Assembly (NCBI GenBank): GCA_016700035.1
Contig: CP064998.1
Coordinates: 526,790-590,789, forward strand
DNA length: 64,000 nt
Origin: a bacterium
Lineage (GTDB): Bacteria; Patescibacteriota; Saccharimonadia; CAILAD01; GCA-016700035
Reading direction: 5' to 3'
Part shown: one piece after another, positions 19,919 to 30,700 of the stretch
Layout: the number at the start of each line of letters is the position of its first letter
Position numbering within the stretch: the stretch's first letter is position 1
Position numbers and translations under genes: made by a program
Notes under the pieces: model-generated
Seen by the model: only the letters and a program-made list of their open reading frames with translations
Database searches by the model: none
Told to the model about the DNA's origin: nothing

Positions 19919-22900
19919 CTATACCTCCTCCTCTTTAGTTTCTGTTGGCGTAGCCTCGGCTAGCACTTCAAAATCATCTACAGCACCATCTTCGGTGAGA
20001 TCTATTACCGCATCATCTGGGGTGGTGCCAGTCAGTAGATCATCATCGGCTAGATCGGTTGCTTCTTCGTTAATCTCCTTATCAATCACATCATCAGCGT
20101 CCACCTCAACATGGTTATGCTCAAGCTCTACCGCCAGACCAAGTGACTGCAATTCTTTCACTAACACATTAAAGCTTTCTGGTACACGTGGACCTTTTAT
20201 CTCCTCCGACTTAATGATGGCCTCATAGGCTTTTGAGCGACCAATTACATCATCCGACTTAATCGTTAGCACTTCCTGAAGGGTGTGAGCAGCACCATAG
20301 GCCTCTAGCGCCCAAACCTCCATCTCACCAAAGCGCTGTCCACCCATCATGGCCTTACCGCCAAGTGGCTGCTGAGTCACCATAGCGTATGGTCCGGTCG
20401 AACGGGCGTGGATCTTATCATCAACCATGTGATGAAGTTTGAGCATATACTTCACACCAATAGTAGTTTTCTGATCAAATGGCTCACCCGAAAATCCATG
20501 ATACAACTGAGCCTTACCATCCTCTGGCAGACCAGCCCGCTTAAGCTCAGATTTAATTGTTTCAATGTCAACCCCATCCAGTACCGGGCTAGCCACTTTA
20601 TAGCCAAGTGCATTCGCCGCCCAGCCAAGATGAGTTTCCAAAATCTGACCAATGTTCATACGAGCACCAATTCCGAGTGGATTGAGGACAATATCCACTG
20701 GCGTACCATCTTCAAGATATGGCATATCTTCAACTGGCATCACCTTAGAAATTACACCCTTATTACCGTGTCGTCCGGCCATCTTATCACCAACCGAAAT
20801 CTTGCGTAGTTCAGCTACCGCAACATAAATCTGTTGCATCACTCCACTAGGCAAATCATCACCATTCTCACCAGACAGGACCTTAACTCCTACCACCTTG
20901 CCGGAGCTACCATTTGGCATACGCAAGCTAGTGTCTTTTACTTCACGAGCCTTCTCGCCAAAGATGGCTCGCAGTAGACGCTCTTCTGAAGAGAGTTCAG
21001 TCTCACCCTTAGGGCTAATCTTGCCAACCAAAATCTCTCCAGCTGCTACTTCAGCACCAATCCGTACAATGCCATCTTCGTTGAGGTCCTTCAGGGCTTC
21101 ATCACCAACATTTGGAATATCACGCGTTACAAGCTCTGGTCCAAGCTTGGTGTCACGCACATCAATCTGGAAAGTTTCAATGTGAATAGAGCTATAGCGA
21201 TCATCCTGAACCAAACGTTCAGAAATAATAATAGCGTCTTCAAAGTTATGTCCATCAAAGCTCATAAAGGCCACCAGAACGTTCTGACCTAGAGCCAACT
21301 CACCATCCACGGTCGACATACCATCGGCCAAGACATCGCCTTTTTTAACTTTATCACCAGCTGAAACTGCGCAGCGCTGAGTCATTGCCTCACCCTGGTT
21401 AGAGCGGATAAAGGTCATGAGTTCATAAGTTTTAGACTTACCGTCTTTATATTTAACTGAAATAGCTTTAGCGGTGGAGCTAGTTACCTCTCCTTCACCT
21501 TCAGCAAGAATAACCTGGCCTGAGTCTTCAGCAACTCGACGCTCAATACCCGTCCCCACCACCGGAGCTTGAGGTCGAACTAGAGCAACGGCTTGCTTTT
21601 GCATGTTTGCACCCATCAGTGCTCGACGGGCATCATCGTGCTCCATGAATGGAATAAGAGCCGCTGAAATACCGACTATCTGCTGTGATGAAATATCAAG
21701 ATAGTTCACATCATCGGCTGAAAGTTCAGCAGCTTCACCGCCCACACCACGAGCTGAAACTATACTATCGGCAAAATATCCATCTTCTTTAATGCGAGTA
21801 TTAGCTGGCGCAATCACAGCTCGCTCTTCGTCAAAGGCATCAAGATAAACCACTTCTTTTGTAGCTCGTGCTACAACTGGAACAGATTCTATGCCAGCTT
21901 TATCAAGTTTTTTAGCTGTAGCGTCGGTAATCTTATCACCAGATTTAACAATCACATTACCTTTACTGTCTTTTATTTGACGACGGGCAATCTCGCCAGT
22001 AGCCTTAGCTGGAGTAACTTCATTAACCACTTTCAGGTATGGTGTCTCAATAAAGCCATACTCATTTACCTTAGCGTAACTTGCCATAGTCGAAACCAAA
22101 CCAATATTCGGTCCTTCTGGCGTTTCAATTGGGCAAATTCGACCATAGTGAGTACGGTGTACGTCACGTACTTCAAAACCAGCCCGCTCACGGTTTAAGC
22201 CACCTGGCCCCATCGCGTTTAGACGACGTTTGTGGACAATTTCATCAAGTGGATTAGTTTGCTGTAAGAACTGAGACAGTTGGTGCGAAGCAAAGAATTC
22301 CTTCACGCTGGCTACCACTGGGCGAACATTAATCATCAGTGATGGTGTCACCGTTTCTGGATCGGCTACCGACATACGGTCTTTTACGATACGCTCCATG
22401 CGAGCAATCCCAATACGGAAACGAGCCTGCATTAACTCGCCGACCATCTTTAGACGACGATTACCGAGGTGATCAATATCCTCCGATGGCGCACCTTCAT
22501 TAGTCATACGTATTACTTCTTTTAAGATAGAAACAAAGTCTTCAACCCGTAAAACGCGGTTTTCACGCGTATTTTTTACATTCATGCCAAGGCGCTTATT
22601 CATCTTATAGCGGCCAACCTTCGAGAGGTCATAGCGCTTAAAGTCAAAGAACATTGAGTCAATTAAGCTCTTTGAGTTTTCAACTGTAGCCAAATCACCT
22701 GGTCGAATGCGCTTATAAACCTCCATTAGAGCCTCGGCGGTGGAGCTAGATGGATCCTTAGCAATAGTTTCGGTAATAAAACGCAACTCACCAGTATCGA
22801 CATCACTAAATAGCTCAAGTAGATCACTATCTGAGCCATAACCAAAGGCTCGGAGCAGTGTTGTAATAGGAAGCTTGCGTTTACGGTCTATCTTGACACT

Positions 22901-23419
22901 CATCACCCCATTAGCGGCTGTCTCTACTTCCAGCCAAGCTCCACGGGAAGGGATAATTTTTGCCCCAAAGTACCCAGAATTTGAGTCATTTGTGAAAAAC
23001 ACACCCGCCGATCGAACCAACTGCGAAACCACCACACGCTCAACACCGTTAATAATGAACGTTCCTCGGGCAGTCATCACCGGATAGTCGCCAAGAAAAA
23101 TTTCTTGATGCCGAACCTCACCAGTTTCTTTAATGAGTAGCTCCATCTGAGCTCGTAGACTGGCTTCATAAGTAGCATTTTTTTCTTTTGCTTCAGCTTC
23201 AGTCAATTTGGGTTGTTCATAATGATAATCTTTAAAGGATAGCTCATAGAGTTTTCCAGTAAAGTCTTCAATTGGGCTAATTTCTTCAAAAAGCTCTGCC
23301 AGACCCTCACGCACAAACCAGTTATAACTGGCGTGTTGAATCTCAACTAAATTTGGTAATGGCAATATATCGGTGTGGTCTTTAAGGTAGACACGCTTTG
23401 CACTAGCTTGTTTAGGCAT
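19919..23419 (-). CDS. rpoB: DNA-directed RNA polymerase subunit beta
   Basis: 1166 aa with conserved beta-subunit blocks. It lies directly upstream of rpoC with a 2-nt gap. An AAGGAG SD is present. Confidence 0.95.
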   Translation of the reverse strand: MPKQASAKRVYLKDHTDILPLPNLVEIQHASYNWFVREGLAELFEEISPIEDFTGKLYELSFKDYHYEQPKLTEAEAKEKNATYEASLRAQMELLIKETGEVRHQEIFLGDYPVMTARGTFIINGVERVVVSQLVRSAGVFFTNDSNSGYFGAKIIPSRGAWLEVETAANGVMSVKIDRKRKLPITTLLRAFGYGSDSDLLELFSDVDTGELRFITETIAKDPSSSTAEALMEVYKRIRPGDLATVENSKSLIDSMFFDFKRYDLSKVGRYKMNKRLGMNVKNTRENRVLRVEDFVSILKEVIRMTNEGAPSEDIDHLGNRRLKMVGELMQARFRIGIARMERIVKDRMSVADPETVTPSLMINVRPVVASVKEFFASHQLSQFLQQTNPLDEIVHKRRLNAMGPGGLNRERAGFEVRDVHRTHYGRICPIETPEGPNIGLVSTMASYAKVNEYGFIETPYLKVVNEVTPAKATGEIARRQIKDSKGNVIVKSGDKITDATAKKLDKAGIESVPVVARATKEVVYLDAFDEERAVIAPANTRIKEDGYFADSIVSARGVGGEAAELSADDVNYLDISSQQIVGISAALIPFMEHDDARRALMGANMQKQAVALVRPQAPVVGTGIERRVAEDSGQVILAEGEGEVTSSTAKAISVKYKDGKSKTYELMTFIRSNQGEAMTQRCAVSAGDKVKKGDVLADGMSTVDGELALGQNVLVAFMSFDGHNFEDAIIISERLVQDDRYSSIHIETFQIDVRDTKLGPELVTRDIPNVGDEALKDLNEDGIVRIGAEVAAGEILVGKISPKGETELSSEERLLRAIFGEKAREVKDTSLRMPNGSSGKVVGVKVLSGENGDDLPSGVMQQIYVAVAELRKISVGDKMAGRHGNKGVISKVMPVEDMPYLEDGTPVDIVLNPLGIGARMNIGQILETHLGWAANALGYKVASPVLDGVDIETIKSELKRAGLPEDGKAQLYHGFSGEPFDQKTTIGVKYMLKLHHMVDDKIHARSTGPYAMVTQQPLGGKAMMGGQRFGEMEVWALEAYGAAHTLQEVLTIKSDDVIGRSKAYEAIIKSEEIKGPRVPESFNVLVKELQSLGLAVELEHNHVEVDADDVIDKEINEEATDLADDDLLTGTTPDDAVIDLTEDGAVDDFEVLAEATPTETKEEEV

Positions 23420-23574
23420 TTATCAGGCTCCTTAGTTAATTAAGATGATGGTACTTCCGCTCTTTAAGATAGAGGTAGAGATAGCTCGACAATATAAGCC
23501 GAGCTTCAGCTTCGATTTAGTAATTTTTATTTATAATTTAAGTTGTTGGATGAAATGGCGACGAGGGGTTTCTA

Positions 23575-23606
23575 AACACAAAAAACGCCTGCACACAAAA
23601 GTTGCA
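23575..23606 (-). terminator. candidate terminator between MFS gene and rpoB
   Basis: On the minus strand, CUGCA-acuuuugug-UGCAG is followed by GCGUUUUUUGUGUUU. Confidence 0.4.
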
Positions 23607-23682
23607 GCTCGATGTGATAGCGTTTGACTAAAAGTTTAAGCATCCTCTTGACAACCATTGTATGGTGTACATTCTATGCTTG

Positions 23683-24930
23683 TCAAGCGTAACGGGCAGA
23701 AATTCCGCGAAATCGCATTACTAAAACCACGCCAACTATACAAAGTAGAGCCCCCACCCCAGCAACCACCGCCAGAGCATTAAAAGTATCAGCCAAAAGA
23801 CCGGCCGCAAAAACCGGTACTAGAGCAGCAATATTGATCATCATATTCAGCGTACCAAACACCTGACCGCGCAACCGATCGGTGGATGCATATTGTAAGA
23901 GTGTCTGGGCTGAAACCAGTATCATGGCGTTAAACACACCTAAGCTAAATGTCATTATCATACTAGCTACCTTCAACGGAGTGCCATCGGAGTTACCACC
24001 CACTATTGGTAGCGCCACCAGTATTGCAGAAGCACAAAATAGCGAGAAGAATATGACTTTTACCTTATTGCGATGTTCTAAAAGCTTGGCCGCAAATACC
24101 GACCCTAAAACTAAGCCAATCCCCGCCGGCATCACCAACCAATAGCTAGATTGCTCTAAGCCTACCTGGAAAAAGGCCTGCGAAAGAGCTGGAGCTAAGG
24201 CCGACACTACACCAACAATGGTTTGAGCCAAAGCAATTAACATCATCGGGAAAAGGATTACCTTGGAGCCAACAATCTGGCCAAAATGACCGTGTAAATC
24301 TTGTGTAATAGTTCGAATAATACCGGAAAAATCAAACTTGCCTTCATGCACGGCCGGAATTTTCGGTAGAAAAAGCGAAAGTCCAGTGGCCACCAAAAAT
24401 GCAATGGTAACAATAATATAAATGGCATGAATACCCGAGTTAGCAATGACCGGACCGGCTAGTGAGTAGCCAATAATAAAACTAGCATTTAAGGTGAATA
24501 TAAAAAGTGAGTTAGCTGGTACCAACTCTTTTTTTGAAACCAGTTTTGGCAGAGCAGCTCCTTCAGCTGGCACAAAAAACTGCGAAAAAACCGATATAAA
24601 AAAGACCACTACATACACCGCAATAATTTGTGTATCAATAAATATTAACAGTGGCACCAACAACGCCCTTAAGGCATTCGTCCAAACCAAAATTGTCTTT
24701 CGATCACGATGATCCACATAGGCGCCTGCGGGAACAGCTAAAAAGATGGCCGGCAAGCCAATTGCCACTATTAAAAGTGAAACCGAACTATTAGCAAATG
24801 AGCTCTTGGAGGCTATCTCGTAAATACGAATTAATAAGCCGTAATTAAGCAACTGGGCCGCGATCTGACTAGTTAGCTGTGCGCCCCATAGCTTTAAGAA
24901 TTGTCGATTCCGGAGAACCTTAGAATACAT
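23683..24930 (-). CDS. MFS-type transporter
   Basis: 415 aa with about 12 predicted TM helices and an MFS-like topology. Confidence 0.6.
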   Translation of the reverse strand: MYSKVLRNRQFLKLWGAQLTSQIAAQLLNYGLLIRIYEIASKSSFANSSVSLLIVAIGLPAIFLAVPAGAYVDHRDRKTILVWTNALRALLVPLLIFIDTQIIAVYVVVFFISVFSQFFVPAEGAALPKLVSKKELVPANSLFIFTLNASFIIGYSLAGPVIANSGIHAIYIIVTIAFLVATGLSLFLPKIPAVHEGKFDFSGIIRTITQDLHGHFGQIVGSKVILFPMMLIALAQTIVGVVSALAPALSQAFFQVGLEQSSYWLVMPAGIGLVLGSVFAAKLLEHRNKVKVIFFSLFCASAILVALPIVGGNSDGTPLKVASMIMTFSLGVFNAMILVSAQTLLQYASTDRLRGQVFGTLNMMINIAALVPVFAAGLLADTFNALAVVAGVGALLCIVGVVLVMRFRGISARYA

Positions 24931-24991
24931 CGCGCACTTTCATTACCTCTATTGTATGAGACTTATGTAGATAAAAAAAGCGTATCTCACC

Positions 24992-25654
24992 CTATTTTAT
25001 TGGCGTCTTGGTAATTACCTTATCAACTAGCCCATAAGTTGACGCCTCATCGGCGCTCATCCAGTAGTCACGATCGGAATCAGAGGCAATCTTTTCAACA
25101 TTCTGACCAGAACGCTCAGCTAGCAGGGTGTTCAGTTTTTCACGAATTTTGATAATCTCCTTAGCCGTAATCTCAATATCGGCCGCTGTTCCTTCAAAGC
25201 CACCGCTCGGCTGATGGATCATTACTCTACTATTAGGCAAAGCAAACCGCTTACCCTTCGCACCCATCGCTAAAAGAAAAGCCCCCATCGATGCCGCCAT
25301 ACCAACACAAATGGTTGAAACATCCGGCTTGATATGCTCCATCGTATCAAAGATGGCCAACCCAGCCGACACACTCCCGCCAGGTGAATTTATATAGAGC
25401 GTAATATCCTGATTAGAGTCCTCGCTCTGCAAAAACAACAACTGTGCAATCACCAAATTTGCCACCGTATCATCCACGCCAGTGCCAAGAAAAATAATCC
25501 GCTCCTTCAAAAGGCGAGAATAAATATCATAGGCTCGTTCACCCATGGCAGTTTTTTCAATTACAGTTGGTACCAATATTGAGTTCTGAACCTTATCCAT
25601 ATGCCCTCCTAATATTTTACTTTGCTTGCTTCGCTTGGTCGCAGAGCCAATCAA
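24992..25654 (-). CDS. clpP: ATP-dependent Clp protease proteolytic subunit (true start likely about 25600, MDKVQ.., after AGGAGG)
   Basis: The catalytic Ser context [14 protein letters not shown] and the His context MIHQPSGG are present. It is downstream of tig. Confidence 0.9.
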   Translation of the reverse strand: MIGSATKRSKQSKILGGHMDKVQNSILVPTVIEKTAMGERAYDIYSRLLKERIIFLGTGVDDTVANLVIAQLLFLQSEDSNQDITLYINSPGGSVSAGLAIFDTMEHIKPDVSTICVGMAASMGAFLLAMGAKGKRFALPNSRVMIHQPSGGFEGTAADIEITAKEIIKIREKLNTLLAERSGQNVEKIASDSDRDYWMSADEASTYGLVDKVITKTPIK

Positions 25655-26903
25655 CAGCTTTTTGCGTCACGATGCGATTTGACAAATCGTTCTTAAATTC
25701 ATCACGATCTAGTTCAGCTAATATCTTTGGATCAGAGTAGCTGGTGCGCATTTTCTCCAGACTATCAGTTACTTCACCAACTGAAGCGCTAAATTTTTGC
25801 TTCTCAATAATATCGCGAATCAAAAGACCAATCGAGATGCGTCGACGGGCCTCGATGTGTAGTTCTTCATGAAATTCCTTAGGGTCTTTACCTTGAACTT
25901 TAAGCCAGTCATCCAACTTCATGCCCGATGATTCAACTTGATGCTCATACTGATGCTCGAGCTCATGTGCCTGATTATCTTCCAAGGTTTTTGAAACCGC
26001 TAGTTTAGTTTCTTTAATTACCTTATCCAGTACCTCCGTCTCGTAAGTTTTGCGATATTCATCATCTTTACCAATCTGAATATTCTCCTTCACGTCACTC
26101 TTCAGATCGGCCAGCTTATTAAATTTCATATCAAGACTTTTAGCAAATGCATCGTCAAGCTTTGGCAAGACAATCTCACGTACCTCGTGTACTTTAGCGG
26201 TAAATGTTACCACCTTGCCAGCTAAGTCGGTAGCATGATAATCCTCAGGAAAAGTAATATCAAAAGTCTTTTCATCACCTTTTTTCATACCAACCAACTC
26301 TTCTTCATAGCCCGGAATAAACTTACCGCTACCCAGCTCCAGGAGATGATTCATCCCGGCGGCCCCTTCAACTGGCTGGCCTTCACGCACTCCCTCAAAA
26401 TCAAACCGAACCTCATCACCCATTTTAGCTACTCGACTCACGCTCTTGCGCTCAGCCGATTGACGCTGTAATTCTTCCAGTGCAGTCTTAACCTCATCAT
26501 CACTCACCTGTGGCGGGCTGTAATTTACGCGCACCTTAGAATAGTCATAATCAATGATTGGCACAATCGAAATCTTAGCCGTGTACTCCATTTCTTCAAA
26601 CGGCACAAACTTAGTCACTTCCACTTTTGGCTCAGCCAAGGCTTGGATGTCATGCCCCTGTACTGCTTCGGTGTAGGTTGCAGCTAGCACTTTTTCAACA
26701 ACTTCTAGCTGCAGCTTAGCCTGATCAAGCTCGCGCTCCACCATCTCGTCTGGAGCTTTGCCAGGACGAAAGCCGGCTACTTTTACGCCAGCCTTCAGCT
26801 TAGCGATGGCCGACTTTTTAGCACTCTGCAATTCTTCTTTAGTTACTACTACGGTTAATTCAAGTTCAGCGGGTTCCCGCTTGGAAATAGTTGCTTTGGT
26901 CAT
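25617..26903 (-). CDS. tig: trigger factor
   Basis: 428 aa with a PPIase-like central region. The tig-clpP arrangement is conserved. Confidence 0.8.
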   Translation of the reverse strand: MTKATISKREPAELELTVVVTKEELQSAKKSAIAKLKAGVKVAGFRPGKAPDEMVERELDQAKLQLEVVEKVLAATYTEAVQGHDIQALAEPKVEVTKFVPFEEMEYTAKISIVPIIDYDYSKVRVNYSPPQVSDDEVKTALEELQRQSAERKSVSRVAKMGDEVRFDFEGVREGQPVEGAAGMNHLLELGSGKFIPGYEEELVGMKKGDEKTFDITFPEDYHATDLAGKVVTFTAKVHEVREIVLPKLDDAFAKSLDMKFNKLADLKSDVKENIQIGKDDEYRKTYETEVLDKVIKETKLAVSKTLEDNQAHELEHQYEHQVESSGMKLDDWLKVQGKDPKEFHEELHIEARRRISIGLLIRDIIEKQKFSASVGEVTDSLEKMRTSYSDPKILAELDRDEFKNDLSNRIVTQKAVDWLCDQAKQAK

Positions 26904-26984
26904 AATAAACTAATTCTACCAGACTGTGGATAAATAATCTAGCACTCTGTGTGGGTGAGTGCTAGATAATAGATTTGATGATGT

Positions 26985-27042
26985 ACTTAAAATAAAAAGT
27001 GGCCGGAATTAACGTATCCGGCCGTTGAGGCTCAAGGCCTCA
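26985..27042 (-). terminator. tandem hairpins + T-run after ORF 27058-27492
   Basis: The hairpins are GGCCGGA-attaacgta-TCCGGCC and TGAGGC-tcaag-GCCTCA. On the minus strand ACUUUUUAUUUU follows. Confidence 0.6.
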
Positions 27043-27057
27043 CGCGCCCCCGAAGGG

Positions 27058-27492
27058 TCAGATGGCTTGTGGGGGTAGATCGGCAATCTTACGATCACCT
27101 TGGTAGACAGCACCATCCCTGACGGTGAGCTCCTCTGCGAGGAAGTGGCCAATCCGGCGCTTGGTGCTGTAGTAAGCACTCACCCCGACAGGGTCGATGT
27201 CGTCGGAGAAGCCACCATCAAAGGCAACCGAGCGTACTTCAATATCAATGATCCAGCTCTCCATAGATCCGTCCTCTGGCTCGATGCCGAGGATGCGGCC
27301 GCGCAAGCGAACCGTCTCTGGGGAGACCGGATGCTCAACCGTGAAGTTCACGGCGTGAACCGGAAGCATGAAGTACTTCAGTCCATCGAAAAGCTCCTCT
27401 CGCGAGGGGCCTCCCACGATCGAACCTTCGACCATCAAGCGGCGCAGCTTGCGCATGGCCAATTCATTGAAATAAGCATTGGTGGTGCTCAT
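27058..27492 (-). CDS. hypothetical protein, 144 aa, GC-rich
   Basis: An AGGGG SD is present. Tandem hairpins and a T-run follow it at 26985-27042. GC is visibly above its neighbours. Confidence 0.5.
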   Translation of the reverse strand: MSTTNAYFNELAMRKLRRLMVEGSIVGGPSREELFDGLKYFMLPVHAVNFTVEHPVSPETVRLRGRILGIEPEDGSMESWIIDIEVRSVAFDGGFSDDIDPVGVSAYYSTKRRIGHFLAEELTVRDGAVYQGDRKIADLPPQAI

Positions 27493-27905
27493 ACGAGCCC
27501 CTTTCGGTACAACCCGGGAGTGGCGCCCGAGTACCGCCGTTAGCCCATTAAGAGCTCACCTAGTCATCCAACCAGGAATTGCCTTGTATTTTAATATTTT
27601 TTTATATGTATGTCAATATTCAAGCGTGGATGAAAGGACTATTTGGTAGTATATCGTCGCATGCTCGAAGTAAACCCTTCGTTTTGGCTGAGTAATCTGG
27701 AAACTTTTCAGCTTGTTGTTACCCTGTGGCGATAATATTTACTTCAACACTCGGTGTTTTGTATGAAGATTTTGACAGTAAGCCAAACGCCGAAAACGGT
27801 GATTTGGCTGAGCTCATAGATTAAGTCGCTACTCCACTATCAAGTAAAGTAACGCAATATAAAAGCGTTGCTCTCGTTATTGCACAGATCTCCTACCGTT
27901 ATGAT

Positions 27906-28958
27906 ATGAACGAAATAGGATTAAAATTTATTGATAGCAATACGACTACAACAATGCATATATTAGATAGTAGAGCTATCGTATCTGATATAATATGGAC
28001 CATTATGAGGATACTAGAAAAAGGTGATGAGATTCGGGTTATTGCTCCGTCGCAAAGTTGGGGCAAAAGAAAGTATCAGCGTGACTACGAACGAGCAGAA
28101 GAGCGGCTAGAATCGCTCGGCTATAAGGTTACCTATGGAAAATCAGTGAAGAATGTTTTACATTTCGGCACTGCTACCCGCGAAGATAGAGCCGAGGATC
28201 TCAACGAAGCATACGAAAACAAGAATATAAAACTTGTTATGGCGCTCTCCGGTGGCTGGTCTGCAAACGAAGTATTACCGTTGATTGACTGGCAAATCGT
28301 TAGAGCAAACCCAAAGCCTCTTATTGGTTTTTCCGATATTACCGTACTACTCAATGCAATCTATGCTAAAACAGGGGTATCAGGTTTTCTTGGTCCAAAT
28401 TTTTCAACATTTGGGCGTATGCCGGAATGGCAATACACACTTAATAACTTCGAATCAGCTATGCAAGGTTCAAGCCAACGACTTACAAAAAGTAGGTCGT
28501 GGGGCGAACGTGGGAGCAAGCGTTATAGGACAAAAAGTTGGCAATGCTTGGAGGTAGGCAAAGCGAATGCGAAGCTACTCGGTGGCAATCTCGGAACACT
28601 TTATTTGCTACAGGGAACAGAATATCAACCCAAGTTTGACGAGTCATTTATCTTTTTGCTTGAAGATGATGATGAGGCGGGCGGCTACACTGCTAGAGAA
28701 GTTTCACGCCGTTTTGAGTCGTTGTTGCAACTGCCAAACTTTAGAGATAATCTTCAAGGTCTTATAATGGGGCGCTTTCAGAAAGGTAGCAATATATCGG
28801 AGAAAGATATTACCAGTATAATAGTGTCGAAAAATCTAGGGAGTATACCGATTGCCTACAATGTGGACTTTGGACACACCCTGCCAATGCTTACTTTACC
28901 CATTGGTCTAGAGATATCACTAATCGTTGATAATAAAGTTAATATTTTACTTCCATAA
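27906..28958 (+). CDS. ldcA: LD-carboxypeptidase (peptidase S66, LdcA/MccF-like). Start uncertain, possibly 28005.
   Basis: It has the S66-like blocks GDEIRVIAPS, ALSGGWSANEVLPLIDW, KPLIGFSDIT and a C-terminal FGH block. Confidence 0.6.
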   Translation: MNEIGLKFIDSNTTTTMHILDSRAIVSDIIWTIMRILEKGDEIRVIAPSQSWGKRKYQRDYERAEERLESLGYKVTYGKSVKNVLHFGTATREDRAEDLNEAYENKNIKLVMALSGGWSANEVLPLIDWQIVRANPKPLIGFSDITVLLNAIYAKTGVSGFLGPNFSTFGRMPEWQYTLNNFESAMQGSSQRLTKSRSWGERGSKRYRTKSWQCLEVGKANAKLLGGNLGTLYLLQGTEYQPKFDESFIFLLEDDDEAGGYTAREVSRRFESLLQLPNFRDNLQGLIMGRFQKGSNISEKDITSIIVSKNLGSIPIAYNVDFGHTLPMLTLPIGLEISLIVDNKVNILLP

Positions 28959-29129
28959 TACCACCACTAGAAAAATCGTCCTTTGATCCATTTTTGAGAC
29001 CCCCGCTATACTTTCTTTTTAGTTGAAAAGGTCGGATTTTCTGGTGGTAAGAGCACGAGGCAGCCCACGTAGGTGACAAGGCCTGAGATTACGAGCTTCG
29101 CGCAAAGTAGATTTGCGCTTCACACAACC

Positions 29130-29164
29130 AAACTTAAAACACCCCAACAGGAGTGTTTTAAGTT
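29130..29164 (-). terminator. hairpin immediately 3' of tRNA-Leu
   Basis: AACTTAAAACAC-11 nt-GTGTTTTAAGTT is a 12-bp stem that starts at the tRNA CCA end. Confidence 0.5.
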
Positions 29165-29249
29165 TGGTGCGGATGAAAGGACTCGAACCTTCACGTCTTG
29201 CGACACTAGCTCCTAAGGCTAGCGTGTCTACCAATTCCACCACATCCGC
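29165..29249 (-). tRNA. tRNA-Leu (anticodon TAG), 85 nt with long variable arm and encoded CCA
   Basis: It was folded by hand. The acceptor stem is GCGGATG/CATCCGC. The anticodon stem is CTAGC/GCTAG with loop CTTAGGA. The T-arm is GTTCGAGTC. Confidence 0.85.
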
Positions 29250-29270
29250 TCAGTCGCAAACGATTTCACT

Positions 29271-29322
29271 CGTGTCTTGCTGAGTGGCGATAATTTATCT
29301 TAACACCACTCAGCAAGACACG
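29271..29322. repeat. perfect 17-bp inverted repeat with 18-nt AT-rich loop between rsmD and tRNA-Leu
   Basis: CGTGTCTTGCTGAGTGG-cgataatttatcttaaca-CCACTCAGCAAGACACG. No U-run on either side. Confidence 0.7.
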
Positions 29323-29374
29323 TTCCATGCGACGCTCCTCTTTAAACTCAAATTATCAATTTGAATTTAGGGGC

Positions 29375-29917
29375 TCAGTTTTTGTAATACGCAATTTGAG
29401 TATCGCCATACTCGCGAGTTTTCACAAGTTTAGCAGGCTCTAGTATATCAGCTAATTTCTCTTGAGACGAGCAGGATACCACCAGCACCCCTCCATCAGC
29501 CAGAGCTTTCGCCGAAGTAGCGCAAATGTCCAAGCTAAACTCAGCATAGGGTGGATCAAAAAAGATAATATCATACTTATTACTATTACGACTCAAGAAA
29601 AGTGGTACAGACTCCTGCACTAAATTAAACTTCTGCGTCACCCCCAACTCCTGCGCATTAACCTGCAAACATTTGCCCGCCACCAATGCACGCTCCACCG
29701 ACGTAAGCCTCTCGGCGCCACGACTCAACGCCTCAAATCCCAGCGCTCCACTGCCAGCGTATAAATCTAGTACCTTCAGCCCTGATAGATCCTCACCCAA
29801 CACACTCATAATGGCCTGGCGAACTTTTTGTGAAATTGGCCTAGTACCTTCACCGGGTTGGCGAATAATTTTATAGCGCAGATTGCCTGCTGTAATGCGG
29901 GTAGTGTAGCTAGACAT
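29375..29917 (-). CDS. rsmD: 16S rRNA (guanine966-N2)-methyltransferase
   Basis: The SAM-binding motif DLYAGSGALGFEALSRGA and the FFDPPY motif are present. 180 aa. Confidence 0.85.
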   Translation of the reverse strand: MSSYTTRITAGNLRYKIIRQPGEGTRPISQKVRQAIMSVLGEDLSGLKVLDLYAGSGALGFEALSRGAERLTSVERALVAGKCLQVNAQELGVTQKFNLVQESVPLFLSRNSNKYDIIFFDPPYAEFSLDICATSAKALADGGVLVVSCSSQEKLADILEPAKLVKTREYGDTQIAYYKN

Positions 29918-29924
29918 TCTTACT

Positions 29925-30695
29925 CTACTTTGCGCCGGCTAGCTGACGAGCTGACTTATCAGCCCAAGCCTCTTCGTAGGCCACCAACCAAGCTGCCGAA
30001 ATCATTTGAGGAATTTTTGGTACCACCGTGGCACGTACCGACTTTGCTAATTTAGTGGTCCAACCACCTGCAATGAATTCTTCATACAAGCCAAGTTTGG
30101 CTATCTTTAAAGACTCTTCTTTAATGGCAACCTCAATACCTTTTTCTTTAATCAGATCCACCAAACCCATATCGAACTTAACACGCAGTGGAGAAAACAT
30201 CGTGGCTGTCGATATCCCAGATTCAAATGCCACATGTGAGCTCTTCCAGCCCTTTGATCCCCAAGTTTTCCAGCGTCGTGTTAACCTGGACGCATCGGCA
30301 TATTCTTCAGCAATCAGCTTATAGCTAATGTGGTGAGCGGGCGTGAGAGAATCGGTAATATAATGTGCCATCCAGCCAGCATGAAAGCCAGCTTCAATAT
30401 AATCCTCTCGCTTGAGGGCCTCTACTAAATTATTAAAGTGAATCTGAATCCAGCTTGGCAGATGGCCGATCTCATTAATTGGATCCCATAGATGATCAGT
30501 ACTATAATTGCCCTTCACTTTTAATCCATCGGGCCCACCATAACCCTCAAAGTTTAAAATATCTCGACGACGAGGAAAACGATCATGTCGAATCATCCGC
30601 GCAACCAATCGGTAGGCTTCACGGTCTAACTTCTGATGGGTACCAGCCCAAGTAATCCTTCCTTTGCTGGCAAATGATGTAAATCCTGAATTCAT
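29925..30695 (-). CDS. zinc-dependent phospholipase C / P1-nuclease superfamily protein
   Basis: The Zn-ligand pattern W..H sits near the N-terminus. The HYITDSLTPAHH block matches the H-x-x-x-D...P-x-H of PLC/S1-P1 enzymes. No obvious signal peptide. Confidence 0.45.
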   Translation of the reverse strand: MNSGFTSFASKGRITWAGTHQKLDREAYRLVARMIRHDRFPRRRDILNFEGYGGPDGLKVKGNYSTDHLWDPINEIGHLPSWIQIHFNNLVEALKREDYIEAGFHAGWMAHYITDSLTPAHHISYKLIAEEYADASRLTRRWKTWGSKGWKSSHVAFESGISTATMFSPLRVKFDMGLVDLIKEKGIEVAIKEESLKIAKLGLYEEFIAGGWTTKLAKSVRATVVPKIPQMISAAWLVAYEEAWADKSARQLAGAK

Positions 30696-30700
30696 GGGTT

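Noticed and set aside
23646-23686. Inverted repeat CTTGACAA...TTGTCAAG at the 3' end of the MFS gene as a regulatory operator
   Set aside because: It overlaps the MFS stop codon and has an 8-bp stem with a 25-nt loop and no adjacent U-tract. It is more likely an incidental palindrome or weak terminator. I kept only the stronger hairpin at 23575-23606 as a candidate terminator.
28959-29129. SRP (4.5S) RNA
   Set aside because: The segment GGTAAGAGCACGAGGCAGCC superficially recalls the domain IV GGAAGCAGCC region. I could not build the conserved helix 8 symmetric/asymmetric loops or a GNRA tetraloop by hand. I left it as an unassigned structured region.
29019-29243. 74-aa minus-strand ORF in the six-frame track
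   Set aside because: It overlaps tRNA-Leu (29165-29249) and its terminator hairpin almost completely, and it has no SD or promoter. It is an artefact of the stop-free tRNA region.
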